Shown here one piece after another: positions 30,151 through 40,540 of a DNA stretch of 64,000 bases. The position numbers and the translations under genes are program-made. Where the stretch lies: NCBI GenBank assembly GCA_963706285.1, contig CAVPLU010000004.1, positions 256,001 to 320,000 of the forward strand, given 5' to 3'. Every line of letters starts with the position of its first letter. Within the stretch, counting starts at the first letter, position 1. The stretch is from Candidatus Bathyarchaeota archaeon. Its GTDB lineage: Archaea > Thermoproteota > Bathyarchaeia > 40CM-2-53-6. The notes beneath the pieces are model-generated. The model saw nothing but the letters and a program-made list of their open reading frames with translations, did not search any database and was not told where the DNA came from.

Positions 30151-31216
30151 AGAAAAGAAGGCAAAGGTCCTCTCAGCCCTTACTGGACTTGGTGACAAAC
30201 TGTACAACCAAATGGTCCACCGACAATTCCCATCAATAGAAATGCCGAATCGATCCATCCACAACATACAATACGACCAGAAACTTAGACAATACATACT
30301 TGGAGAGAAGGCGGTCAAGCGCAGTTCAAGAAACATCAAGCACATTCGGCCTTTGACTCAGCTAGTATGGACGGCATCCTTTGTCGATGAACTCAGAGGA
30401 CAAGATAGAACATCAACACTAAGAGACGTTTTCTATTCCGCGCAAGCCTACGCGATGAATTTCACAGATCAGACCGAAAGTGACAACATCATCACAGACC
30501 TCGAAACCGTCATAGGACATTCTCGAGAGGACTTCAGCGTCTTCCCAGAAGAACGATCAGCGATCTTCGGAAACCTCGTGGTAGAGTACACTGTGCCCGG
30601 CTATGAGGGCAAGACATTGAATCTCTCCTCGCACCCAGACGGAATGATGATAGGCCCCGCCCTAACGAACGCGGAGTTCGTTGAATGCAAAGCCGACAAA
30701 ATCATCGCCATAGAAAAGGGCGGCCTCTTCACCCGCTTCGTCGAAGAGAAAGTCCACGACAAACACAAAGCGATCTTGGTCCATACCGCGGGACAGGCAC
30801 CAAGAGCGACACGATCTCTCATACGACGACTAAGTCGAGAACTGGACCTGCCCGTTTACATATTCTGCGATGCTGACCCTTGGGGAATGCACATCGCCAT
30901 GGTCATAATCTCAGGATCAGCAAACGCTGCGCACCTACGCGATCTTAATACTCCCGACGCGAAGTGGGCTGGAGTCTGGGCGTCAGACATTGTCGACTAC
31001 GATTTGCCCAGCGACAAACTGACTGATCTAGACATAAAAAGACTGTACGAACTTCAGAAGGATCCACGCTACAATAGTAAGCTCTGGAAGAGAGAGATTG
31101 AGACGTTTCTGAAAATCAAGAAAAAGGCGGAACAGGAAGCGTTCAGCCGGTATGGTCTTGCCTACATTGTAGACAAGTACCTTCCGGCCAAACTAAAGGA
31201 GATGGACGAGTACTAG
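30089..31216 (+). CDS. top6A: DNA topoisomerase VI subunit A (start uncertain)
   Basis: STLRDVFY, IEKGG TOPRIM, DADPWG, KAEQEA. Confidence 0.95.
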   Translation: MKKKEKKKAAEKRAKKTGLIKEKKAKVLSALTGLGDKLYNQMVHRQFPSIEMPNRSIHNIQYDQKLRQYILGEKAVKRSSRNIKHIRPLTQLVWTASFVDELRGQDRTSTLRDVFYSAQAYAMNFTDQTESDNIITDLETVIGHSREDFSVFPEERSAIFGNLVVEYTVPGYEGKTLNLSSHPDGMMIGPALTNAEFVECKADKIIAIEKGGLFTRFVEEKVHDKHKAILVHTAGQAPRATRSLIRRLSRELDLPVYIFCDADPWGMHIAMVIISGSANAAHLRDLNTPDAKWAGVWASDIVDYDLPSDKLTDLDIKRLYELQKDPRYNSKLWKREIETFLKIKKKAEQEAFSRYGLAYIVDKYLPAKLKEMDEY

Positions 31217-31251
31217 ACATACGCGAGAGGCTGCCGCTAACGCTGAGTCCT

Positions 31252-31341
31252 CTACGCGGTCTTTTCGGGAACGGTTCTTCCGGGTGGCTGTTTCTTCTCC
31301 TCTTTCTTCTTGGCTTTCTTAACCATCTTGAATGAGCCCAT
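31252..31341 (-). CDS. Possible small Lys-rich peptide (29 aa)
   Basis: MGSFKMVKKAKKKEEKKQPPGRTVPEKTA*; TATA-like ATATAAG about 35 nt upstream. Confidence 0.3.
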   Translation of the reverse strand: MGSFKMVKKAKKKEEKKQPPGRTVPEKTA

Positions 31342-31402
31342 TTGGCATCTACACCCTAGATTTAGCAGAGGTACCTTATATGCAATAAGGTTTAGCGCAA
31401 GT

Positions 31403-31873
31403 TCAGATCCTGGCTAGAGCATCCTTGACCTCGTCGTAGTTGGGCTCCTTACCTGGGTCCTCGCTGATCCACCTATAACGCACCACGCCCTTGTCATCAA
31501 GGATGAAAACGGATCGCTTGGCAGCAGTATACCCTTTCAGTCCAGCAAAATCTTCATGGAAGACATTGAACTTCCTGACGGTTTCTCTGCCATAGTCGCT
31601 CAGGATGGGGAACTGCAGCTTGTTTGCTTCTGAGAACGCCTTGTTCGTGAAAGGATCATTGACGCTTATGGCGACTACCTGAGCGTTCAGTCTGTTCAGT
31701 GTTTGCATCGAGTCTCTGAAGGCGCACATTTCTCGCGTGCAAGGGTTTGTGAAGGCACCGGGAAAGAACGCGATAACGGTCTTCTTTCCAATGAAATCCT
31801 TCAGGGCCTGTTGTTTCCTATCTTGGTCATGTAGCTGGAAGTCAGGCGGCTTCTGTCCTATCTCAACTGACAT
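31403..31873 (-). CDS. Peroxiredoxin (BCP/PrxQ type)
   Basis: FFPGAFTNPCTREMC, RSVFILD. Confidence 0.92.
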   Translation of the reverse strand: MSVEIGQKPPDFQLHDQDRKQQALKDFIGKKTVIAFFPGAFTNPCTREMCAFRDSMQTLNRLNAQVVAISVNDPFTNKAFSEANKLQFPILSDYGRETVRKFNVFHEDFAGLKGYTAAKRSVFILDDKGVVRYRWISEDPGKEPNYDEVKDALARI

Positions 31874-32059
31874 GGCTGAACAATCCGATCACTGTGCAAG
31901 GAGTGCACTGGGAGTTAATCGTTGCCCAGATTCGAACAATGACGCAATGAGAGGGCGTAGAGTCCCAAATCCAGTGCGGCTTACGATAGGCCATGGCGAC
32001 TTGACAATAGGTAAATCTGACCCGCATGAAACAAGGACTCTGGTGGAGAGCGAGTTCTG

Positions 32060-33088
32060 ATGAAGGCGGTGGTCTTTCACGAGCATGGAGGAATCGACAA
32101 ACTCAGATACGAAGACCGACCGGAGCCTGTGGTGCGGGACAATGAGGTCCTAGTCCGGGTGAAGGCTTGTGCGCTCAATCATCTTGACATCTGGGCTCGA
32201 GTAGGCCTTCCGGGCATCCAGATTCCCCTGCCTCACATCTCAGGGAACGACATTTGCGGTGAGGTCGTAAGCACAGGCAGACTGGTGACGCGAGCACGTT
32301 CAGGGGACGCTGTAATTGTCTCCCCTGGTCTCAGTTGCGGTGCGTGCGAGTATTGCCTCTCGGGACGAGACAACATGTGCCGATCCTACAAGATCATAGG
32401 GTATCTTACAGATGGCGGATACGCTGAACTAGTGAGCGTACCAGAAGTCAACATCATTCCCAAACCAGAGTGGCTGAAACCTGAGGAAGCCGCCGCGATC
32501 CCACTCGTCTTCATGACCGCCTGGCATATGCTCGTCACTAGAGCTGGGATTTCTCCAGGAGAATACGTCCTGGTTCTTGGGGCGGGAAGCGGTGTTGGCA
32601 GCGCTGCGATCCAGATAGCTAAGCTCTCGGGAGCGCGTGTGATCGCGACGGCGGGAAGTGAAGAAAAACTGAATCTCGCCAAGACGCTGGGAGCCGACGA
32701 ACTCATCAACCACAATGAACAGGATATCGCGACAGAAGCGAGAAGAATAACCGAAAAACGAGGCGTCGATGTTGTCTTCGAGCATATAGGCTCAGCGACT
32801 TGGGAGAAGAGCATCAAAGCGCTAGCCGTCGGAGGCAGACTCGTCACGTGCGGAGCCACAACCGGCTACGTGGGACAGACAGACATACGATACGTGTACA
32901 GCAGGCAACTGTCAATTCTAGGATCATACATGGCCAGCAAAGCAGAACTCCTCAAAGTGATTGAGTTAGTGAGACAGCGGCGACTCAAACCCGTTGTCGA
33001 TAGAGTCTATCCACTAGCCGAAGCGGCGAGAGCACAGGAACGAATGGAGAAAAGAGAACACTTCGGCAAGATTGTCCTACAACCGTAG
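32060..33088 (+). CDS. Zn-binding alcohol dehydrogenase / quinone oxidoreductase family
   Basis: LNHLD, CGACEYC..DNMC, GAGSGVG, GKIVL. Confidence 0.9.
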   Translation: MKAVVFHEHGGIDKLRYEDRPEPVVRDNEVLVRVKACALNHLDIWARVGLPGIQIPLPHISGNDICGEVVSTGRLVTRARSGDAVIVSPGLSCGACEYCLSGRDNMCRSYKIIGYLTDGGYAELVSVPEVNIIPKPEWLKPEEAAAIPLVFMTAWHMLVTRAGISPGEYVLVLGAGSGVGSAAIQIAKLSGARVIATAGSEEKLNLAKTLGADELINHNEQDIATEARRITEKRGVDVVFEHIGSATWEKSIKALAVGGRLVTCGATTGYVGQTDIRYVYSRQLSILGSYMASKAELLKVIELVRQRRLKPVVDRVYPLAEAARAQERMEKREHFGKIVLQP

Positions 33089-33241
33089 AACCAAGACCTC
33101 ATTCGGCGTCTCGGAGGAATGCAGTTACGCATAACGCCCAACGGCGCAAGGTCAATGATGCGTGTTCGACAGAAACTCGCTTTCAATTTGACCCAATGGA
33201 ACCCGAAGCAGGTATTCAATGATTAGGATCAAGATTGTCCT

Positions 33242-34567
33242 CTAGCGTTGAGGAATGCGACGGCGAGGAGTATAGATGGCCAGCATCCCTTTCCAGACTT
33301 CCTCGTATGCGTGACTCATCGTCTCTATGAGCGAGCGACTATTTGTCCAAAACCCTGCATCATCGCCGGTTTCCAAGTTGTCATCGTCCGGAATGCGTTG
33401 ATAGTAGAGCAGGTTATCATGGTCAGCTATTACGATACGAGCAGGCCCTATCGCTTCTGAGTGCCTGAGTTCGGCGACTGGCAGGAGCATTCTCGCACTT
33501 CGCGTGGTCTCCTTCGTAATAGGTGCGATTATTCGTATCCGAACATTTCTCTTATGGAGCATACCTAGGTCCTCAAGCCGATGATCTGCAAGGATCTCGA
33601 TTCCCTTCATCGTCGTCCAGAAATCGACGGTCTCTCGACAATTCTTCAGCATCTCAGACAGCTTGTGCCGGACTTCAACCCTGCCTTTCAAGATCGTCAA
33701 TTCCTCTTCGGTCTTCCCGGCCTTGATCGCTTCGAGCCGAGCCAATGCAGGGGTTGCGCTGCTCCAGATCTCGTTGAAGTACGCGCGAAGGCTCCGCACA
33801 AACGAGCGACTACTTATCCACGACGACACCTGTTCCGACCCGCGTCCGGCACCTTCCTCGATGCCCCCCATTCTGAAAAGGGCCTCCGCATCGTCAATGA
33901 TTGATACTCTCGGGATTGGTCTCTGATCCAGATCCAAGTGCCTGAATCCGATCAGGTTCTGAAATGGCTCCACGAATCGTGCGGTGGAAGTGTTGATGTC
34001 TGTGATCACTCGGACCTTGCGTCCCCGTTTCGCCAGCATTGACAAAGTGCCGAGCCCCACACGGCCGTTTCCTCCAGCAAGATCTGAAGCCTCCATAATC
34101 AAATCGATCTGGAGCTTCGAGTTCTCGCACATGAAAAGCAGCTTCTGCCCTATCCTTGCTCGTCCTTCAATGACCTGAAACCTCTCAAACTCTGGAGTTC
34201 CAATCTCAATGCCAATGCTCTCGAACGTACGCTCAAGAATGCCACTTCGCTCTTCTAGCACTGCAAGCCGGTTCTTCCGTTCTGCAATGAGTAATTCGAG
34301 ACATCGCGAGAAGGGGGCAGCTTGGAATCTGACCGGTTGTTCCAGACTGGACTCAACTAGGCCCCTGCGTTGCAGGTTTCTGAGGGTTCGGTAGGTTTCC
34401 GTCCGGTTTAGTTTAAGCGATCGTGCAACAATACTTGCTCTTTCAACACCGCGCTTCGCGAGAAAGGTAACAACCTTGGCCTCGTTCTTGCTCAATCCGT
34501 ACTCGGTGAGTTGGTCGACGATTTCCTCCATCGTTCGAGCGGTGTGGTGATCGAGGCTCATTATCAC
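33242..34567 (-). CDS. TrmB-family transcriptional regulator with duplicated effector domains
   Basis: YGLSKNEAKV, HTH RTETYRTLRNLQRRGLV, two repeats ending F/YxExW. Confidence 0.85.
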   Translation of the reverse strand: MIMSLDHHTARTMEEIVDQLTEYGLSKNEAKVVTFLAKRGVERASIVARSLKLNRTETYRTLRNLQRRGLVESSLEQPVRFQAAPFSRCLELLIAERKNRLAVLEERSGILERTFESIGIEIGTPEFERFQVIEGRARIGQKLLFMCENSKLQIDLIMEASDLAGGNGRVGLGTLSMLAKRGRKVRVITDINTSTARFVEPFQNLIGFRHLDLDQRPIPRVSIIDDAEALFRMGGIEEGAGRGSEQVSSWISSRSFVRSLRAYFNEIWSSATPALARLEAIKAGKTEEELTILKGRVEVRHKLSEMLKNCRETVDFWTTMKGIEILADHRLEDLGMLHKRNVRIRIIAPITKETTRSARMLLPVAELRHSEAIGPARIVIADHDNLLYYQRIPDDDNLETGDDAGFWTNSRSLIETMSHAYEEVWKGMLAIYTPRRRIPQR

Positions 34568-34649
34568 GCTGGATCCTGTCTGTTACAAGACAGACACGCT
34601 ATCGAATATAAGAAGCCCGCAGACAGTTCAGATGCTAGGTGCAAACAAC

Positions 34650-34988
34650 ATGCCGATCGACCCGGAATTTATGAAACTGCCAGCAACTCAGAATCACCTA
34701 GGTCACGAAGTGCGAGGCACGATTCAGCCGCCAAGAAAGCTCGGAATCCATGGCATGACTGTTGCAGTGGACTTTGATGTCTGCGTTGCAGACGGAACCT
34801 GCATCTCAGTCTGCCCGGTGAACGTTTTCGAGTGGTTTGCGACGCCAGACTGCGAGACCCCAAACGCGAGCGGACGAGCGATCCTGGCCGCCAAGAAAGC
34901 GGACCCGGCGAGAGAGAATGATTGTATCTTCTGCCGCGCATGCGAGATCCAATGTCCCGTGACCGCGATCAAGATTACAGAACCATAA
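34650..34988 (+). CDS. zfx: Zinc-containing dicluster ferredoxin (Sulfolobales Zfx-type)
   Basis: MPIDP..H.GH..LGIHG N-terminal Zn extension; CVADGTC..VCP and CIFCRAC..QCP. Confidence 0.85.
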   Translation: MPIDPEFMKLPATQNHLGHEVRGTIQPPRKLGIHGMTVAVDFDVCVADGTCISVCPVNVFEWFATPDCETPNASGRAILAAKKADPARENDCIFCRACEIQCPVTAIKITEP

Positions 34989-35132
34989 CTGCCAATACCG
35001 GTGCAGTCGTAGTCACCACTCTGTCCTTTCTTTTTGCGCGCACACGGTCCAACTGTGCCAAGGGACCACTGCCACAGGGTAGTAAGGCAAAAATCAGCGC
35101 CCCTATCTCTAGGGTCAGGAGTCGGCGATTAG

Positions 35133-35792
35133 GTGCAGTTCTCTTCGACCTTCCCAACGTTCTTGGCAACAGTGGTGATCGTCACCGCTTCCGGGGCTCT
35201 CATGCCCGGGCCGCTCTTCGCAGCTAACCTGCTGCAGGGGACTAGAGGTGGAGCCAAGTCTGGTTTCATGATCTCAGTCGGACACATGATCGTAGAACTT
35301 CCGCTTGTCATGCTGATAGGTGTGGGCATCTCAAACCTGCTGAATCTTCCAGGCTTCTCCACGATCGTCGGTTTAGTCGGAGGATCCGCTTTGATACTTT
35401 TCGGAGCGTTCCAGATTAGAGATGTGACACGTAGCTCCTTCAACATTGAACCGGCTAAGGATGCCAAATTGCACAAGAGGTCATTGATGCTCGGCGTTGG
35501 GCTAACCGGGCTAAACCCGTTCTTCATCGTGTGGTGGCTAACGGTTGGCTTAGGACTCGTAGTTCAAGCAGTAGAGCTCGGTGCACTTCTAGGCGTCTTC
35601 ATAATGTACATCTCGCACGTATGGATGGACTACGCTTGGCTGACTGGCACTGCATACCTCTCAGCCAGAGGCAAGACACTACTCAAGGCGAGAGGATACA
35701 GACTACTGCTCGCCGGGTTAGCTCTGCTCCTTGTATACTTTGGAATAGGATTTGTTGCACGTGCCATATTCCAAATCAACATATTGCCATGA
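35133..35792 (+). CDS. LysE family transporter
   Basis: SGALMPGP, GHMIVE, LNPFFIVWW. Confidence 0.88.
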   Translation: MQFSSTFPTFLATVVIVTASGALMPGPLFAANLLQGTRGGAKSGFMISVGHMIVELPLVMLIGVGISNLLNLPGFSTIVGLVGGSALILFGAFQIRDVTRSSFNIEPAKDAKLHKRSLMLGVGLTGLNPFFIVWWLTVGLGLVVQAVELGALLGVFIMYISHVWMDYAWLTGTAYLSARGKTLLKARGYRLLLAGLALLLVYFGIGFVARAIFQINILP

Positions 35793-35932
35793 AATCTGAA
35801 TGCCAAACGTGCAACGCACGAAGCCTATGGCAGAAGAATGTTACAGTAGACTTCTCATCAAGAACAATCGTCCGACAATTGAAATCAATACCGGATCTGC
35901 GAGCGATCTACGGCCTTTGGAACGCTCGATTC

Positions 35933-36508
35933 CTATTCTAGTTCCGGTGCAATGGTCTCTGTCGATGTCGTCGTGAACACATCATTTCCTAAATGAAGTA
36001 AGGGCTTGAATCGCTTGAGGTCATACACACCCTTGAATGCTTCTTTTTCAGCGTAGGCTGTCAATACATCGCCTATGACGAGAACATGATCGCCTCTCGG
36101 TATCATCTCTCTGACCCTGCATTCCACGTGAGCCACGCACTCATTGATGATTGGAGCGCCAACTCTCTTCGCCTTTCCAACGGTCAAACCGGTTTCTTTG
36201 AACTTATCTACGTCCTTTCCGGATTTGCGCCCGCAGTAGAGCACCTGATGCACCAAGTCGAACCCTGGAATGTTGACGACAAATTCAGCCGCTTGCTCCA
36301 GCAGCTTGTATGAGTGGCGCTCCTTCCTGATTGAGAAGACCAGCATTGGCGGGTTCAGGCTAACCGGCATGATCCATGCTATCGCCAAAGCGTTGGGTGG
36401 ACCGTTCTTTCCTTGACAAGTGACAAGAGTCGAAGTGAATGGACTCAAGAGTCGAGAAAATTCACCAAGTGGAACATCTATTGACGACATCGTAACGCAG
36501 CTCTTCAA
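35933..36508 (-). CDS. Flavin reductase family protein
   Basis: SLNPP, EFVVNIP, CGRKSG..VDKF, GDH. Confidence 0.9.
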   Translation of the reverse strand: MKSCVTMSSIDVPLGEFSRLLSPFTSTLVTCQGKNGPPNALAIAWIMPVSLNPPMLVFSIRKERHSYKLLEQAAEFVVNIPGFDLVHQVLYCGRKSGKDVDKFKETGLTVGKAKRVGAPIINECVAHVECRVREMIPRGDHVLVIGDVLTAYAEKEAFKGVYDLKRFKPLLHLGNDVFTTTSTETIAPELE

Positions 36509-36874
36509 CTAGGGTTTCTTGTTCATCTTCGCTCGCGCTTTGGTCAATCGCTTTGCGAGCACGGTCAGTTTGGCAAGTGGAAATGGTCGCTGAGTCGTCA
36601 CCAGAATGAAGCCGTCTTCTAGGTAGAGGATCATCACGATCAGTTTCTGATGGACGAGAATTGAATACTCTGAGGCACCGAAAAACACCGCTCTTGTTTC
36701 CGCAGATTCACGAGCGATGAGTTGCGAAATCAATTCGGGGGTCTTCTCAAGAGGCTCAATAGGTTCGATTTCAGCACGCATTCCCCCTTCAAGTATTCTT
36801 CCCTCGCCGTCGACAACTGCTGCAAACCTGACCCTCTTGTCGAACCGCATCGCAGACTCGTAGACCCCGACCAA
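36509..36874 (-). CDS. Roadblock/profilin-like small protein
   Basis: VRFAAVVDGEGRILEGGMR pattern typical of TACK roadblock-like proteins. Confidence 0.55.
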   Translation of the reverse strand: MVGVYESAMRFDKRVRFAAVVDGEGRILEGGMRAEIEPIEPLEKTPELISQLIARESAETRAVFFGASEYSILVHQKLIVMILYLEDGFILVTTQRPFPLAKLTVLAKRLTKARAKMNKKP

Positions 36875-36938
36875 TCGAAACGCCTTGTCAACCCGCTATG
36901 TTCGCAAGGTAAAACAGTTGTGGAATAACAGGAGTGCC

Positions 36939-37472
36939 TTAGTTCCTGGCGAAGTTTTCGGGAGTCTGATTCTCGAAGAGTCCGCGATAGTGACCCGTTC
37001 CAATCGTTCTCTGAAGAATGAGTTGGCAGACTGCAGTATGCGGAAATATCTCAAGCGGAGATGGACCAAAGTTGCTTAACTCGAGAACCTGATGATTCGA
37101 TATACCCGGCTGCACAAAACTCGCAGAAATGTGAACTAGCAATCCCAGTCTTGAGAACCGGCTGCGCCCTTCGAGCCACCCGCACACGTTGTCTGGCAGT
37201 GTCACCTTCTCTTCAGTTATGCCCAGGACAGTCTCGCTGGGACTTAGTTGGATCCCCGACCCACGTGGAACGCGAATCCCCCGGGTTGCCCTCCTAAAGT
37301 CGGTCAGGTCGGTAACTGGAAGAACCTTGTGCGGCGACTGAAAAACTCGAAACGCATTCGCTAGGTGCAAGTCGATTGAGGCAGCTCTGACGCAACTTGA
37401 CCGGAACGGTTCAATCTTGACCTTTCGAGCTTTGATTTCCCGTAGAATCTCACTTCTCGCCAGAACACTCAC
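36939..37472 (-). CDS. dcd: dCTP deaminase
   Basis: ASIDL, EGRSRFSRLGL, LELSN, CQL; GTG start at 37472 with GAGGT RBS. Confidence 0.92.
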   Translation of the reverse strand: MSVLARSEILREIKARKVKIEPFRSSCVRAASIDLHLANAFRVFQSPHKVLPVTDLTDFRRATRGIRVPRGSGIQLSPSETVLGITEEKVTLPDNVCGWLEGRSRFSRLGLLVHISASFVQPGISNHQVLELSNFGPSPLEIFPHTAVCQLILQRTIGTGHYRGLFENQTPENFARN

Positions 37473-37541
37473 ACATGATACCTCTAATTGAAAGCCCGCT
37501 TGAGCCACTGATGGCAGTAGGGCTATTTCAAACAAGCGCGG

Positions 37542-37763
37542 TTGTGGGCGAATTTGGTTGCGTTTGATAATCGCGCAGTTAGAAAAGCAATCCTTAGCCT
37601 GACGCAGGCAGAGGCGAAGAGGTTTGGTGTTGGAAAGAGCACACTACATTATCTGAGGAAGCACGCGAGAGAAGAGAAACCATTCAGAATCTACAACGCA
37701 CGTCCTGTTGAAACTGAACAGCTGACCTATTCTCTCTCGTCGTTCAATATGAATTGCATTTAA
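37542..37763 (+). pseudogene. C-terminal HTH remnant of an archaeal Cas1-solo-type protein
   Basis: DNRAVRKAILSLTQAEAKRFGVGKSTLHYLRKHAREEKPFRIY resembles, from memory, the C-terminal extension of stand-alone archaeal Cas1; no catalytic domain upstream. Confidence 0.55.
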
Positions 37764-37854
37764 CGCCAATCTCAGGATCGTAGTGTAGTGTCGATTGCTT
37801 TTACCTGCAATCAGCCTAAGTAGATGAATATCAAGAGTTATTCTTCGAAGAAGA

Positions 37855-38041
37855 ATGAAAAGAATAAACATTGAGGTTCCAGATGATGTTGGCATGCGCG
37901 TATTGAAGGATGCTTGCGTCAGCTGAGGGCAAAGGATTCTACGAATGGCTCAAAGATGACCTCACTCAGATATGCCCTGACGAACGAACGCTTCTCGAAA
38001 TGCTCAGGACGTCAGAAATGATCGTACTCGCTACGCGGTGA
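37855..38041 (+). pseudogene. Degenerate ribbon-helix-helix protein
   Basis: MKRINIEVPDDV start, then frame-switched (HA)VLK-MLASAEGKGFYEWLKD. Confidence 0.3.
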
Positions 38042-39274
38042 GAGTAGCATATTCAACACGGCTACTGGTAAGACAAATTCAAGAAACCGCGTCTAGCGTT
38101 GATGTCTGAGACGAGAAGGGTTTAAGCAAGAAGCCGAATGACTCACCCGTGAGCAGTGCTGGACAACTATAGCGGCGAACGAAGAGCAACGTGCAGGACT
38201 TAACTCTCGTAGAATGGGACGAAGATCGAGAAAACCAAGATGGCGAATCTACAAGAGCAGACGCCTGATGCGCATGGTCGATACAGAGAAGTATACAAAG
38301 AAACCATCCGACGAGATAGTGAAAATTCGCTGAAGCTATAGCGGCAACAACTTCGAAGCGAGATCGGATCGCTGTCCACACTTCTGTCGGATGTCCTTGC
38401 TGTCGATAGAAGAATCTATCTGAATCTTGTCAGGAGACTGTGTTACCGACGTCGTGAGTAGGACACAGCGAAATCACTGAGATATTGAATCATGAAGGTG
38501 ATTGCTCGGCAGTGTCTGCACCGTCGTCCCTCGCGGAGTCATAACATGCTCGAATCTTCGCGGTTTTCTGAAAACTCGCCACAGCGGTTCGACGCAACCT
38601 GCCGTTTATTCGAAGTTGTTCGGATCGACTAACGACTAGCTCGCGAGAACTCGAAGCGGAACATTTGCGTTTCAGCGGATAACTGGACCCGAGCAAACGC
38701 AATCCTGAACCGGCAATAATCCGTCAAGATGAGACGGCTACGAGACATGAGGAGTCTTATCCGTTGACAAGACTCAGCCGAAGTCTGGCGCGTTGGGATT
38801 ATGTTGCTCGAACGAGACTGCGTGTATGACCGCCTAAGTTCGCGAAGATACGCTGTCGAATCTGACTGACGGGATATCACGCGCAACAGGAACAGGGCTG
38901 CGACAAGCTTCTGTTGACTACGACAAGCTTCAATCGTTGTCATGGAGTTCGGGCCGATCGTGTCTCAGTTCTGAAGGAGTCTCGGAACCGTTACCGGAGT
39001 CCGTCATTTTCGGCAAAGCTCGCGAATGGCAAGATACGTCCAAAGATCTCGGTGAGGTAACGTTTGACAAAGACCACTTGTTTGGGGGACTTCGATACTT
39101 CCTCGAACGAAAGCGAGATCTTCGACGCGCCCGAAGATGTCGCAACAGAACTGCGGAAGTACTTTGTCTGATCTATCTTTGTTGCACGAAGAGAGCGATT
39201 GGATTATTCAGGAAAGGAGATAAACCCGCGGATCTGACATCGTGCTCCTCTCTGGCATATGAGGCATCGGAAGC

Positions 39275-40474
39275 TTGACGGCGAAGAACATTACATCGAA
39301 GACAGAGTTGCCTAAAGAACTTGGAATGAAGAATGTTGCTAATCTTGGCATCGTGAGTATGTTCACGGACATCTCAACGGAGATGATCTTAGGCATCCTG
39401 CCTATCTTTGTAATTACTCAACTCGGCGCGACAAAGGAATTGCTTGGCCTAATGGAAGGCACGGCAGATTTCCTCAACTACATGTTTCGTGTATTCTCAG
39501 GAGCAATGTCCGATCGACTCGGTCGCCGAAAACCGCTAGTGTTCCTTGGCTACGGGCTTTCGACGCTCGCCAAACCTCTCTTCGCTCTTGTGACGAGTTG
39601 GAGCGGCGCGTTCGTCGTAAGACTAGCCGACAGAACCGGGAAGGGCATCCGAACATCACCACGTGACGCACTCATCAGCGAATCCGTAAAAGAGGCAAAG
39701 AGCGGAACAGCGTTTGGGCTCCATCGTTCCGCTGACCAAGTCGGAGCCGTCGTAGGCCCGATCCTCGCCTTTATGCTCGTGCCATTGTTCGGATTCAAGG
39801 GAATTTTCTGGATTTCGCTGATTCCGGGTGCATTGTCGCTGATCGTTCTCATATTCTTCGTTCAAGATCGAATAAGACCGAAGAATTCCACACCAATATT
39901 CAAGAACGCTGGGAACGTTCTCACGAGGAGATTCAAAATCTTCCTGGTAGTGATGGGCATCTTCGCGCTTGGTGCCTACAACTTCTCATTCGTGTTGGTG
40001 GAGGCGAGCACTCTGGGCGTTTCGAACGATACCATTGCCTTGGTCTATGCTACCTTGAATGTGGCTACGATCGTAGTGGGATTCCCATCAGGCATACTTT
40101 CCGACAGATTTGGAAAGGATAAGATTCTGGTAGTGGGTTTCGGGGTCTTCTTTGTCGCTTCCCTAGCAGGGGCAATGGCAACCGAAGGTGTCTTGCTGGC
40201 GTTTGGAATCGCCTTCATATATGGTGCGTATATCGGAATCTCAGAGACTCTACAGCGAGCTCTGGTTCCGTCATTCGTCTCGCCCGAGTTGAAGGGAACG
40301 GCATACAGTATCTACTATCTCGTGATCGGCACGGGCTCGTTGGTGGCGAACCTCATATTCGGAGTACTCTCGGATCATTTTTCGATGAGCACGGCGTTTA
40401 CTTACAGCCTCATCACATCTTCGGCGGGAATTCTAGGCATGCTTGCTTTCATCATCTTGAAACCAAAGAGGTAA
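39275..40474 (+). CDS. MFS transporter
   Basis: DISTEM, SDRLGRRK, DRTGKGIRTSPRDALI. Confidence 0.92.
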   Translation: MTAKNITSKTELPKELGMKNVANLGIVSMFTDISTEMILGILPIFVITQLGATKELLGLMEGTADFLNYMFRVFSGAMSDRLGRRKPLVFLGYGLSTLAKPLFALVTSWSGAFVVRLADRTGKGIRTSPRDALISESVKEAKSGTAFGLHRSADQVGAVVGPILAFMLVPLFGFKGIFWISLIPGALSLIVLIFFVQDRIRPKNSTPIFKNAGNVLTRRFKIFLVVMGIFALGAYNFSFVLVEASTLGVSNDTIALVYATLNVATIVVGFPSGILSDRFGKDKILVVGFGVFFVASLAGAMATEGVLLAFGIAFIYGAYIGISETLQRALVPSFVSPELKGTAYSIYYLVIGTGSLVANLIFGVLSDHFSMSTAFTYSLITSSAGILGMLAFIILKPKR

Positions 40475-40540
40475 TTTCGCGGATCAATTCGTTAAGAAGA
40501 GTCCTCGAAACCATGTAATCATGACCCCTCAACACTGAAG

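Noticed and set aside
37535-39270. CRISPR array or intact casposon near the Cas1-like fragment
   Set aside because: No regularly spaced repeats, no Cas1 catalytic domain and no polB seen.
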